A stretch of 63,928 nucleotides of DNA, counting the filler, from Choristocarpus tenellus KU-1152 (taxonomy: Eukaryota; Protista; Phaeophyceae), in assembly GCA_964200185.2 (NCBI GenBank). It is 10 parts of 10 records of this genome, joined end to end, with 100 filler letters (N's around TTAATTAATTAA, not from the genome) between each part and the next. Parts side by side here need not be neighbours in the genome. Positions count along the whole stretch, not along the records: positions 6,247 to 14,136 come from CAXNAD020005439.1; positions 14,237 to 21,030 come from CAXNAD020007334.1; positions 21,131 to 28,226 come from CAXNAD020006706.1; 7 more parts are not named here. One strand, given 5' to 3'. Both the position numbers and the translations under genes were made by a program. Positions 12,013 through 24,037 of this stretch are shown piece after piece (within the stretch, counting starts at the first letter, position 1; the number at the start of each line of letters is the position of its first letter). The notes under the pieces are model-generated. The model was not told the DNA's origin. It did no database searches and saw only the letters and a program-made list of their open reading frames with translations.

Positions 12013-13939
12013 ATGTCCAGCATTTGCTCAACAACAACCCACCTGCCCGCTGATGGCGCTGCCCACGGATCGAGAACGTGGTACAGCAATCTGAAGGGCA
12101 TGTCCTCGCTCCTAGAACATCACTACCTCGGCACATACTGGATGAAACTCGGCAACATCACATGCACGGAGATGGTGCGTCCACTGAGCGAGCGTGGCCT
12201 TGCGCGCGTCAGCAAGTCCATCCACGAGAAAGGCTGGCTGGAGCAGTTTGCTCCGTCAGTATTAATTCAGCCAGACTGTTTAGGTAATGGGGACCAGCTC
12301 ACCACCGAAACTGTGCTTGCCTTTCAAGGACATACACTGGACGGAAACCATAGAATAACGGTGCTAAAGAGAGAGTTTGATCCCGAACGCGCTTTCATGA
12401 TGCAGGTCTACATGGAGTTCAACCAAGCAGAAGAGAGGCTAATTGCCAACGGTGGGTGATGGAGTGTTGTCGTTGTTCCATGATCGCTTGACTATTCTGA
12501 TCAACTAAGCAACAAAGTAAGTTGAGTGTTTTCGTTGTTCCATGGTCGCCTGATGACTGTTCTGATGTACAAAGTTGTTGCCGAGTTTCCTTTGTTTGGT
12601 TCATCGTCAGTCAGTCCATTGAGGATCTTTTCGTTGTTGATATTTTCTATCCCACGTGGTCTTTCTGTCCACAGCAACATGTGGCTCAGTACTGCATGCC
12701 ACGTGTGTCCCGCGACCGCTTCCCACCTACCCCTTGTCCCATTCACCCACTACATCGTGGGACCAAGCTTATAGCATTCAACGACGCGACCGAGAGTGTG
12801 GTTGAGCGCACGCTGTACGATAAGATATATTTTCAGCACGAGCTCGAAGAAGCTATCAAGCGACAGACAAAGAACAAAGAAGTGTCACTAGTAGAGATCC
12901 GCAAAATGTACAAAAAGGTGAGGGAGTTGTCAACGTTGGTGGGATGGTGGCGCTCTACTCCTCCTCTAGTTGGGTTAGAGCTGTTGTGAAATCTCTCTGT
13001 GTCATCCTATTCAACCTAAGTTGAGATAGTTATCCCGTGTTTAGGAACACTGTCAACCGACTTAATGATTTTCGGGTGACCATGTAGTATGTATGTGTGG
13101 TTAACCACAGACGAACAATAAAAGCGTCCTTCTTTGTTTTATCAACGGTGTTGCCTGAACCCCCCCCCCCCACACACACATACATACCCCGTTGGCGTGG
13201 TAATAACAATCCCTCATCCTCGCTGGCTGGGTGCATAATATTTTCCGTTTTCTCCCCATCGCGAAGGTGGGCGTTCCTCCCTCGGCGAAAACAACTCTAC
13301 GAAACTGGCAGCAAGGCGTATAATCCCTTCGACCAGAGTCCTTCGAGGTACTGAAGGAAGTGTGTGACACCTCGTCACCACAGGTCGACCGCAATACAGT
13401 CACACTGAACTATCTGAGTGCGAGGAGTTTGCTGGCTTCACTTCTCTCAACCAGGGACTATGCATCCATCCGCTTGCTAGGCAAGTCAAACCGCTACTGT
13501 GTTTTATCGTGTAGACAGCAGTAAGCACAATGTGTGAAGGTTGCAGCACATTGCACAGGAACGTTAAATAAGTGTCTCCTACGATGAAGAATGTAGTCGG
13601 CCATTGTTGTGTCGAACGAAGAACCCCTCGTAGTATTGTGGAATTCTACGAACAGTGTGTGTTTCCTGTGTATGTGCGCTCTTGTCTTTTCTGAACTACG
13701 ACAATCAATCCATGAATATTTTCTGCAGTGGCGACCCTTTCCTCATCATTACCTGCGCATTGTTCTCGTTGGCGTCCTTCCTGGCCATTCTCTTTTTGCA
13801 GGTACAAGTCGTTCAACGGAAAGGTTCCTGCGGCGAGGGACTACAAGGACATCGAATCGGACGCGCACATGTCTGAGATGGTTGTCTCGCACACCAGGCA
13901 GATTGTGCCCAAGGAGAAGTGGACACCACAGCTCCAAAG
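12013..13939 (+). pseudogene. Spliced ParB/Sulfiredoxin-domain + putative HTH protein (Spo0J/ParB-like architecture); exons 12013-12451, 12775-12917, 13267-13480, 13802-13939; 3' end missing
   Basis: VRPLSERGLARVSKSIHEKGWLEQFAPSV...TLDGNHRITVLK (R..L..SI...G and DGxHR motifs). In-frame splices give LIAN-AFNDATESVVERTLYDKI and SLVEIRKMYKK-VGVPPSAKTTLRNW (HTH-like). Premature TAA at 13321 and an apparent frameshift near 13420. Confidence 0.7.
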
Positions 13940-14107
13940 GTGGGTAAATGGTGCAGTTGCAGCGGTTATCTTTTTTTGCCTTTTCCGTATCTCCTGTGCA
14001 CCCATACGTCGCCATGCGCCCCTCAAATGTAAAATATATTGTCAGCGTCTTTTTCGGCACCGCACTTATTGATTGTTGCAAAACTGCTCTGAATTTCGGA
14101 TGTTACG

Positions 14108-14136
14108 GGCTCAAAGTATCTGGGAGGGGGTGGCGG
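14108..14136. mobile_element. MITE family A TIR at contig end
   Basis: GGCTCAAAGTATCTGGGAGGGGG running into the spacer. Confidence 0.75.
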
Positions 14137-14236
14137 NNNNNNNNNNNNNNNNNNNNNNNNNNNNNNNNNNNNNNNNNNNNTTAATTAATTAANNNNNNNN
14201 NNNNNNNNNNNNNNNNNNNNNNNNNNNNNNNNNNNN
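14137..14236. other. Artificial contig-joining spacer
   Basis: 44 N + TTAATTAATTAA + 44 N. Confidence 0.97.
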
Positions 14237-14261
14237 GTTGGGGGAGCACAGAAAAGAAAAA

Positions 14262-14427
14262 GGGGGGGGGGGGGGGGTCTAGACCGGTGTGTCCATTTGG
14301 ACCAAAACCAGGAAAGTGTACTTTCATTATCCACCCAACGTATGGAACCAAATCACCCAAAAGTGGCGACATGAGAAAATTAGCCCCAAATGGACAGCCG
14401 CCACCACCCCCCCAGATACTTTGAGCC
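14262..14427 (+). mobile_element. MITE family A copy (left TIR lost in poly-G)
   Basis: Homologous to 1-158; ends CCCCCCCAGATACTTTGAGCC. Confidence 0.85.
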
Positions 14428-15155
14428 AGTTAATGTCTTGTTATTGTCCAAATAAGAAGAATCAATTAAGTTTAATCCAAGGGAAACCATTGGCTATAAA
14501 GTACTACACAAGCAGTACATGGGAATTGAATTACCAACCCAACTCCACTTGATCAAGACATGAAGGGTAGGGATTATCAGAAGTCCTGGAGGAAGATATT
14601 CCTATCCTAAAGTTCGAAACACTACTGACTTAGACTGTGCTAGAAATGACAAATCGTGTTTTGATGAGTGGGGAGTAACAGGGAGAGTATAGTGGTTTGG
14701 TCTGGGTGCTACTTATTTTTTTCTAGCAAGGGCATCGGGATTATGGGTTTACAATGATGGTATGGGAGTATATGATTCATTTGCAGTTAGAAGAGAAGAT
14801 GTGGTGTTCAGACAATGGGGTGAAATGACTAACGTGGGGAGAGAGAGAGTCAGATAGAGTTGGGGATCACATTCAAGGGTTTGAAGGGAGACAACGAAGG
14901 GGAGGAGCACAACATAATGAGAAAGATGAGTACCAAGAAGGGAGAATTGGGGGGCATTTGAATATGTACTAGGATGGATTGTTTTCCCCAAATTGCCACC
15001 CACAGCACCAATTACTTCATACAGGGGCAGGGTCTGTACACGAAGTCAGGCAATGTTTGCTTTGTGAAAAGCGGTGCAGAGCTTCTGGTACTAAACTCAA
15101 GTTGACATGCATTGCATTCGGGGAGATAGGGGGAGCAACCAGGCTAGCCGAAATT

Positions 15156-15407
15156 GAGTCAAAGTATCTTAGAGGGTAGAGCCGCGTCCATATGGGGGCC
15201 GAAATCCAATATTGCAATTTTGATGTAATTTTGGCTATCGTGTCTGTTAGCAAGTGTCAATATCCTTATTCTGGACACACCTTTTCATAATATATACATT
15301 TTACCTATTCTGAAACATTTTGGAGTAAGTAAAATGCCATTAATAACCCGTGGGAAGCCAAGGCCCAAATGGATAACCAGGTAAAACTCGTACAGATACT
15401 TTCACTC
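15156..15407 (+). mobile_element. MITE family B, complete, TSD AATT
   Basis: GAGTCAAAGTATCTTAGAGGGTA...AGATACTTTCACTC with AATT on both sides. Confidence 0.9.
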
Positions 15408-15939
15408 AATTGGCACACCAGAGTTGGTCATTTAGATGGAAGGTAGATGGAAATCAGAGGATTTCGGACTCTGTGTGTGTGTTCTAATCTCAAAGATCTG
15501 ATAGGAGTGTCCATCAGATTGGTTTGAAAAAGAGGATTATTATTGGGCACAAAATAGGAGATGAGAGAGAGAGAGATAATAACATAAGAATCAGCAACCA
15601 ATAGGGGTTTTCCCTTGGGCGGGGAGGATGATTTGATGTCTTTTTTTCTGACCATGGAGAGAGGAGGTAAAAAGGGGGATAGACAAGGACTCATGAGTGA
15701 TGGGGGGGAGAAAAACTAGATTAATACATATAATCCTGAGGTGGAGGAGGGGAGTCATGTGACTTGAGAGGAATAACATGTGTGAGATATAAACGACTCC
15801 AGAAGTATGAGGCAAATTAGGTGTTCATGTTGTTGCAGGGTGGATACTTCTGAAACTGACTATTGGATGGCATGCTCCCAATGACTCGCTGATTTGAGAG
15901 AGTGATTGTGTGCGACGGGTTCGTGGAATTGTTATGGGG

Positions 15940-16200
15940 TTTAATGATCCTGAAGAAATAGTTGGGTAGAAGAGATGTCACCAGAAGTGGGGTGAATGAT
16001 CCTGAAGAAATTATTGGAAGAAATGTGGGGCGAATGATCCTCAACAGTTGGTTCTGACGGAAGAGATGCCACCAGAATTTAAGGTGAATGATCCTGAATA
16101 ATTTGTTTTATGGAAGGGATGTCACCAGCTGTGGGGTGAGTGATCCTCAACAATTGGTTTTGGTGGAAGAGATGTCACCAGTCGGAGATGATCCATGAAC
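15940..16200. repeat. Degenerate tandem repeat
   Basis: Recurring GAATGATCCT(G/C)AA...AGAGATGTCACCAG...GGGGT units. Confidence 0.6.
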
Positions 16201-17053
16201 ATCCAGGAAGACAGGCCTTTGTAGTGGCACGATGGGATGAATGGAAGCAAGGGTTGGAAGATTGTGGGGTGAGCTGGAAGGTCTGTGAAAATCTTGGATG
16301 GGGAGTGCAAAACTTGATCATATGATGCAGAATTTCGCGAGATAAAGCAAAGAGGTGGTTTCCAGTGTTAGGGTTAGAGATAGACACCTCCCTAATCTGT
16401 CCGATTAATCAAAAATGCTGTAACAAGGGTAAAAAGCAATACCAATGTCGGAAATCATAGCTGCTCCTGTTCAATCAACCACATATTTTCCAAAAAGAGC
16501 TTGGGGTTAATTTGATTGGTAGAAGGAAATAGCAGGTTAGTTAGAGACGCTGGAAGGCTCGCTTTGGAGCATCTTTGCATGATCTTTGTGGATCAGTCAT
16601 GTCCCAAGGTGACACTGCAGGAGCGCCTCATGTGACAAACTGAAGGCGATCAACAACGAAATGCAGAGGGAGAAGTTTTTTCTTTGGTGATACTGATCTG
16701 ACTTTTCCATCGGACTGGGAAACCATCGAACATAGAGCTAGCTAGCTCTACGTACATAATATTATAGGAGCATTTCAGACATCTTTCAACATATCCGTGC
16801 CCATGGGTCCCTCACGGTACTTTATTTGTACAACTAATTTTATAATATTGGACCACATCATTGACGTCACCACTACTACGTAGTACAACCTTAATTCTTT
16901 TTGCAATTTGAGAGGTCAACCCATCTCCTCTACCTACTACCATGCTCTCCTTTAGTGCGGTAATCACGAATTCTAACTCCTGCAGAACCAGTTGAAAAAA
17001 AAATCCTTACTCAAGCTCAGTTTTTTTAAAACTCCTCACAAGCCCTTGTCCTT

Positions 17054-17403
17054 GAGTCAAAGTATTTTAGAGGGTAGAGTCGCGTCCATTTGGGGGCTAA
17101 AATCCAATGATGCGATTTTGATGTAATTTTGGGCTATAATGTTTGTTAGGAAGTGTCAATATCCTTGCACCAGATGCACCTTTTCATAAAGTATACATTG
17201 TACCTATTCTTCTACATTTGAACAGGTCCGGAAGTGGGAAAAATGAAGACAATAGCTTTAAAATCGAAATTCGCGTACATTTTAAAACTTCGAAACACTG
17301 AAAAAAACAAAAATTGCTTGAAAAACGCGAATATCATCTAAATATTGGAGACCCCAAATGGACAAACAGGGCAAATCCCGTACCCTCTTAGATGCTTTGG
17401 CTC
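17054..17403 (+). mobile_element. MITE family B, long variant (350 bp)
   Basis: Both TIRs are present, but internal ~17210-17350 differs from the other copies. Flanked by CTT/CTT. Confidence 0.8.
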
Positions 17404-18924
17404 CTTACCTTTCGAACCAAACCTGCTTCACCACAAACCATGGATCCGGCTTGGCATTCTGTTTGGTGGGGCTAAGTGCGAACATATTTTCATCTGAGTG
17501 TCAATAGATATTTTGGCTATTGTTGTAAGGACCTCGTCGATCCATGAGCACTAAAATGCGTGATTGATATGACTGAAGGGATGGACAACACACGACAAGC
17601 AGGAAGTGGGTGGGTATTTGGGTGAAAGAGGCATTGGGTGTGGGGGAGTACCTAGAGACAACAGCCAACACACACAGAGAAACAGGAGAGGAAAACAATT
17701 TACAATGGCTAAGAAGGGTGACACTCAACAAAATCGTGTTATGTAGGGGAACTTAAATGTAAAACTAAAATGTACATCAGAAATGCACAGTATTCCATCT
17801 TATGTGCCACTGCTGCCTTTTAAAAATATCAATGAAGTATGGACTCCAACAGGAACACTGCCATCTGGACCAGTAAGGGCATGCCCCCAAAACACAATAT
17901 TCACCTAGGACTTGAGGGTAAAAATGTTTGCTGTGCAATGCACTTGTCCGGTTCTGCACTGGACAAGCCTATTCATATTGAGTAGCTGGCGTCTAGGTTA
18001 GATTCAAGCGCAAGCAACAGATCATGCTGAATTAAATGTGATACTGTCACTTTCCTCCCCTTCCCCCCCAAGACATGCAATGTAATGGAGAATGGTGTAT
18101 GTTCTTCAAAGTATCTCCTTTTAGTAATATGTGTAGATTTCATCAGACATAAGCACATTCATTGATGGCATCACAGATTCCAACCTTGGACTGTATAATA
18201 GCCAACGCCATTACCATAATATTATGTGCAGCATATGAAACTCGTTGATAAAACGAATTCTTCAAAATAGTACACAAGGTCTTTGCTCGCTGATACACTG
18301 TTGTGTGGGTATATCACCTCTCAAAGAAAGGAGAAACAATTTGATACACAGACTTGCACAGCTCCTATAGCTGGATCAGTGCATTTGTGACACCTTGCCC
18401 AAACATCCAAATATATCAACCAAACCACGCTTCAACCCATCCGTTGCTGTGGTATATTTTCAACTGCACCATCTCCCACAAACACTAAACAAGACTTCCA
18501 AGTAAAAATATTCCCCACCAAGAAGCGGGTGAAAATAGTGCAGTGGGTTGTCAGGCTACGCGTTTTCTCATCTAGTGCCCAGACCCAAGCCTCCCATACA
18601 AGTTGCCTACCAGACTGTTGCCACCACCCTCAAGCCCTTGCCATTGGAAAACTCACTGATCGGATGCAGCCTCAACAACGTTAGCTCTGACACTTGCCAG
18701 GAATAATCTTGAAGGTAGAAAAATCAGGGATATTCTTCAGGATTGGTTACTTGACTCTCTTTTAGAGACCACTGTATTGCTGAATACAGTCACTCTTTCC
18801 ATCCATGAGGTTTAAGAGTCATCAGTCCCCTATCCCACCACCACCCAGGCCCTCTTCTACACCATATTGAGCTTGTACATGTCACATGCATATGAAGACA
18901 GGCTGTACACTTCGGCGGGACACA

Positions 18925-20260
18925 CTAGGCAGATATTGATGTCTTGGGTGTGATGAGGGAAGGGTGCCTGATGATGTCGTGGGATCGTTCTAGGTGGTGC
19001 GAGAGCTGGGTGGCCATGGGGAAGGATGAGGGGCACTCAGTGCACTGGAAAGGATGCTCCTTATGACCTGTCTTGTCTGGGCGACAGCCGGTACTGCAAG
19101 AAATTGGAAGGAGGGTAAGGGGGGGAAGGGAGAGAACGGAGTCATAAGGGTATGTAAAAATGTACAGGGTGGGCGGAAGGTTGATTCAACCTTCGTAGAT
19201 GACATGATACTACCTGGCACATGCTACATAGGCACAACAAATATTGAGCAAGGCCAACTGTTGCTCAGTACACAAAAAGAGTTCTGCCCTTTACTTCAGT
19301 GTGAGAGGTGTGAGAACAGGTGAGACAGATATTAAAATATAAAATAGCAGAATATCGTTGCTCGTGCATCCACCTGAAACTATCCTTGACTTCATTTCCC
19401 TCTGGAGCAAGATTAAGCAAACGCCCCTGCGAGGCGTCGTATTGCTCCCTGTCCATCCTAATGTTGGTTCTCCTATCTCCACGGATCATGGATGCCAACG
19501 CTGCACTGTTTGGTCGGTGGGTGCGCGATTCGCCCCTGTCTTTATTCGTAGTGCCTGGGCTCTTACTCCTCGCGATTGAACTGGGCTCCTGTGCCTTCCC
19601 TCCACCCCCAATGTAAGAGAAAATACCTCTCGACTTGGATCCAGACGCCACTACCGCCTCCGTTGACGTAGCCGATGACTTGTCTCGCCTGTTTGACGCA
19701 TCTCGGGTTCCTGGATCCCTTTCCCTGCCTCGACCCCCGTCACGCTGTCCTCCCCGTTCGGAGTTACGTCGGCCATGAGGAGGGTACTCCGCTCCTCTAA
19801 CTCTATCACGTTCCCGGTCCCTCGCACGGTCCTCATCCCGGCGAGCACCCCTCCCATCGGATCGTCCCAAATCAATCCTATGGTCTCTCCCTCTGTCCCT
19901 TTCTCGTTCTCTAGCGCGATCCCGATCCCTGGTGCTCAAATCATACCTTCCTCGATCCCTCTCCCTATCTCTTCCCCTATCCCAATCTGCATCCCTGCCC
20001 CTATCTCCTCCTATCCCCCCTCTCCCCCTCTCCTCATATCCTTCCGTGGGTGCTACTCTTCCCCGTCCATCCCTTGCCCCCTCACGATGCCTTTCTGACT
20101 CCGTTCTTCGTGATCCTAGCTCCATTTTTCCATCCGTCGATGCTCTACTCTCTTCTTCCCTTGATACCTTTGCCGGTGGGGCAGATGGTTTTCCATCCTC
20201 TCCATCTCCCTCCGACTCAGAGGACTCTGAACGACGCCGCCGTCGATACTGCTTGGCCAT
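18925..20260 (-). CDS. Two-exon gene (20260-19374, 19093-18925), ~351 aa: Arg/Asp-rich region plus C-terminal C2H2 zinc finger
   Basis: ATG at 20260. The phase-2 junction TTC AG|GT ... CAG|T ACC gives KDSFS-TGCRPDKTGHKEHPFQCTECPSSFPMATQLSHHLERSH...ISA*, a canonical F-x-C-x2-C-x3-F-x5-L-x2-H-x4-H finger. Confidence 0.85.
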
Positions 20261-20988
20261 CTCCAATAATTGGAATGTAAGATAACCACCGCCCACGTCT
20301 CAGGAAAGTATCGCTCTTTAAGGAGTTATTCCATCACAACTTATGGCATTGGCACCCCAGGCAGTAGCTCTTGCGTTTACCACCCGCTCTTCCTTACACA
20401 GATCTCGTCGGGCAAAGTTTTTTTTCCAACCTTAGTCTACACATCCACAACTCTATCTAAAGGGGAAAAGGTTTATCGTACTGGGATTGTGATTCGATGT
20501 TCTCAACAAGGAGTTTCGGTATACGTTTGGAAATAGTTTCGGTATGTGTCGATATTGGTATCAAATCTCACTAATAATTGATTACCAATGATGGATTAGA
20601 TAGTAGTAGTTATAGTTAAATGAATGAACAGTTATTGATGGGAAACTGTAAACTTTGAAAAGTTTCCGACTGAAAGTGACCTCTCTTCTTGTTTGAGAAG
20701 TTTCTGTCGCCTAGATTATAGTTTTTCCCTCCCCTCAACACATCTGAAATATTCCAGAGGGCATAAAAGATACCCTGCTACTATGTGGGTGGGGTTGTGG
20801 AGGGTGAAATGTATGTGACAGTTTGAGACGAATGGTTAACGTATGTACGATGAGACGAGTTCTACGCAAATTTGATATCACAATTGACTTATTACTGATC
20901 GAACCTTCTGTATGAACAAACGAAAATTCGATGGTATTAATATGAAAGATGTACCACGCATATCTTTACTACACCAAGCACATGCTAT

Positions 20989-21030
20989 GGCTCAAAGTAT
21001 ATGGGGGGGGGGTTGTGGAGGGTGAAATGT
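20989..21030. mobile_element. Family A-like TIR at contig end
   Basis: GGCTCAAAGTATATGGGGGG followed by GGGTTGTGGAGGGTGAAATGT, which is also seen at about 20792. Confidence 0.55.
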
Positions 21031-21130
21031 NNNNNNNNNNNNNNNNNNNNNNNNNNNNNNNNNNNNNNNNNNNNTTAATTAATTAANNNNNNNNNNNNNN
21101 NNNNNNNNNNNNNNNNNNNNNNNNNNNNNN
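21031..21130. other. Artificial contig-joining spacer
   Basis: 44 N + TTAATTAATTAA + 44 N. Confidence 0.97.
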
Positions 21131-22408
21131 TTTTTGAAATTAAAAAACGGTGGGTGAGTGGATGTTTTGGGGGGTTATTAGGAAGGGGGGATTGGTTGCC
21201 CGTGGTGGGGGGGGGGGGGGGGGGGGGGGGGGACTAGCTGAGGCGTGTCTTTTAATAGGTTAGGGTTAGGGTTGTTTGCAGGGTATTTTTGCACACTTTT
21301 GTTCGTACCTGCCCATGCCCTGAGACAGGCCTTTTTGGGCGATGAGTTCCTCAGAGGGCTGAGGAAAAGGCTGTGGAAGAGTTGTTTTCAAACACACACA
21401 AACACACAAACACATGTCATTTGTGTTTGTCGCCATCATCCTCATGTTGGAGGGGGCGTATGTTCATCATAGATGATACGATGTAATGTCATACTTCCAA
21501 TCCAGGTACCTCACCCCTAGTGTCCTCAAGAGTACACAGAAGCGTTCTCCAAGGTGGTGATAGAGTGTGCTTGTGAAGGTGTCAAGAGGTTTGACGTCTC
21601 TACTCTAATTCCGTAACCTTTTTGAAGTGGTAGTAGTGACTATTTTGCTCTCTGTACAGTAGTAATCTCGACTGTTCTTGCTTGCCCTTTGGTCGATCAA
21701 ATTTTGGTGAGTTTAATCGATACGAGAGTGTCTCGCCACTGCTATTGGGCGGCTTCATTGTGTCAGTTACAAAGATTGTTGGGAGTGTACGGTTGGAAAG
21801 GCTTGCTCTGCTCCAGTCCAAGGGGGAAGGGCTTGATCACGAGGGCATGTGATCGGAACCCTTTCTTGCTACTGCTGTCAAAATGTCAAAATGTCATCTC
21901 AAATACTGCTTTGTGTCGTGGAATGAGAGGGTTTGTTGATAATGGTGAAGACTTTTTTTTAAGGTACTGGACGTACTTCACTAGAGGGGTGTGTGGTTTG
22001 TGTTGAAGCGTACACGATCTTGAAGGTTTTTGCTGCTGCGATGACTTGTCGAGGTAGTTGTCGTGATTTTTTGTGTTCTTATCATTTCCCTCATCCCTAT
22101 TGGCGCCTTGCATGTATGTGTTGTTAAATGGGAGGGTGAGAAGTATACATCAAGATGTATCAAATACTCGTCTTTTTCTTTGACCTTGTTACACTACTAT
22201 TTGCGTTTTGCTGCGTTGTCTGAACTGTTGAACTGTGCTTTTTTTATTATTCATTATTTGCTCAAAATTTATCGTTAAAACAAGTAGGCGAGGGGAGAGG
22301 ACTTGGTTCCTGCTTGTTGTGTTGTAATAATGTCTGCAGTATCAACTATGAGTAGTACATATTGCACCAAAGTAGGTATGCTAATAATGCTGCCTACCTG
22401 CGCCTAGT

Positions 22409-22589
22409 GGCTCACTCAGAGTATCTTGGGGGGGTGGCGGCTGTCCATTTGGGGTCAATTTTTTCATATCACAATTTTTGGGTGATTTGGTTGCATAGGT
22501 CGGATGGATAATGTAAAATGTGCTTTTCCTAATTTTGCCCCAAATGGACGGACACCCTTGTGTAGACCCCCCCCCAGATACTTTGAGTC
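22409..22589 (-). mobile_element. MITE family A copy
   Basis: Reverse-complement copy with both TIR-like ends; no clean TSD. Confidence 0.85.
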
Positions 22590-23802
22590 TCATCTCATTG
22601 GTACTAAGCCACACTCACAGTTCTACCCCCAACAGAGCATTCTTCACAACAAAAGTCAGTCCTCTGCCCACATACAAAGGACTGTAGCATGACATGTATC
22701 CTCTTTCTGCCTACTCCATGGCTCACATCCGTACTTTCGTACACACCCTGGGCACAAGGGAATGCCACTGAGGGATAAAATCTCGTAATTATTGGAGCTG
22801 GAGTCACAGCGATTAGTGGACGTACTGCTGCTCCTGTCTTCCTCTATGTGAGCAAGGAAATATGACCGGATGAGTGAGCTGGCTGTGTGTTAGCTAATCT
22901 ACATTCCGCTGGTCGCAAGGAAAGTAGGCATTTATATGTCTCGGTAATACCCCATGCCACAGGCACTGGGTCTGCCGGGCCTCCTCAAAAGCATGGGCGA
23001 GGACTACCTGTTGTGATAATGGTGGATCTCAATTAGTGTGCATTTTGGAGGTTAGTTCTACACCACCACACTTGGACGCTTTCACCTCTTTGTAATAGAC
23101 TTGAGTTAAACCCTCTGTGCACCTGAGCCACTGCTTCTTGTGAGTTTCCCTCGAGTTGTAGTCCCATGAATGCTCACAATGAGCTTACACTTTCCCCTCA
23201 CAGTGCTGTTAGATACAGAACTACTAATTGTGTCGTCCCAGAAATGAGGGAATACCGGCACTACCACACTATTCTCCATCCCCATTGCCATGGATCACAC
23301 TTCAGCCTCCAGAGTGATAGTGTCACCAGTCTGGGAACTATCCCCGTCGGTGGTAGTCAGATGCTCTATAGGTTGCACTACTTCTTATGTGCTGCTACAG
23401 TATTCAATCATATTTATAACCTGCCCATTTCTAGATTTATTTTCAACAATAGGAAAATCATATCTTGGAGGGTGACGGAAAGACTGTAGGTGGTGATGTA
23501 TTTGTAAGTGTGGAGATGTTTTAACAAGAAGGGCTTGTGTGAAGGTAGGCGGAATATGTACAGTGTATTGGACCATAATTTGAGGCCTGACCGAAGGATC
23601 AGATGCCACATATTAAGTGGTGGTGTAGTTGATTATGTAGTTGGTGGTGTGGTGGTAACGTGCGAGGTAGTATATACCATACCCTGCCCACTGCGACAAA
23701 CAGACTCCACTCACCACTTAGTTACGAGTTTTTGTCAGGGGTCAGCCCTATAATTGTGGTTTTCTCAGGTCCCTTTGGGGGGGGGTTTAGTTGTAATTAT
23801 GT

Positions 23803-24037
23803 GAGTAAAAGTATTGTTTGTCCATTTGGGACTTGGCTTCCCACAGTTTTTTTATGATCTTTTCCTACTCCGAAATGTTTCAGAGCAGGTAAAATGTATA
23901 CATTACGAAAAGGTGTGTTCGGAACAAGGATATTGACACTTCCTAACAAACACAATACCCAAAATTACACCAAAATTGCAACATTGTATTATAGTCCCCA
24001 AACGGACGCGGCTCTACTCTCTAAGATACTTTGACTC
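23803..24037 (-). mobile_element. MITE family B copy with small deletion near left TIR
   Basis: GAGTAAAAGTATT...CTCTAAGATACTTTGACTC; TGT on both flanks. Confidence 0.8.

Larger units (their letters stand above)
6247..14107. mobile_element. Internal portion of a putative large two-gene DNA transposon (Sola-like transposase + ParB-like gene)
   Basis: Divergent transposase and ParB-like genes with a repeat-rich 1.2-kb spacer and similar decay. A second copy of the transposase region is at 48109-49198. Termini are not in this contig, so inclusion of the ParB-like gene is inferred. Confidence 0.55.

Noticed and set aside
11878-13939. Bacterial contamination or plasmid parAB locus
   Set aside because: Spliceosomal introns are needed to read the gene, there is no ParA or operon structure, and a host MITE end is on the same contig.
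14108-14136. Family-A TIR as the right terminus of the transposase/ParB element
   Set aside because: It points outward into the gap, so it is the start of an inserted MITE, not a closing TIR.
17780-18700. Possible decayed P-element-like transposase on the minus strand (VGDGAVEN-like motif)
   Set aside because: Many stops and frameshifts and only one weak motif; needs tBLASTn/HMM support.
19775-20285. Pro/Ser/Ile-rich plus-strand ORFs
   Set aside because: Antisense shadows of the RD-rich C2H2 gene.
22590-23760. Possible degenerate retroelement
   Set aside because: No RT, RNase H or integrase motif could be read with confidence.
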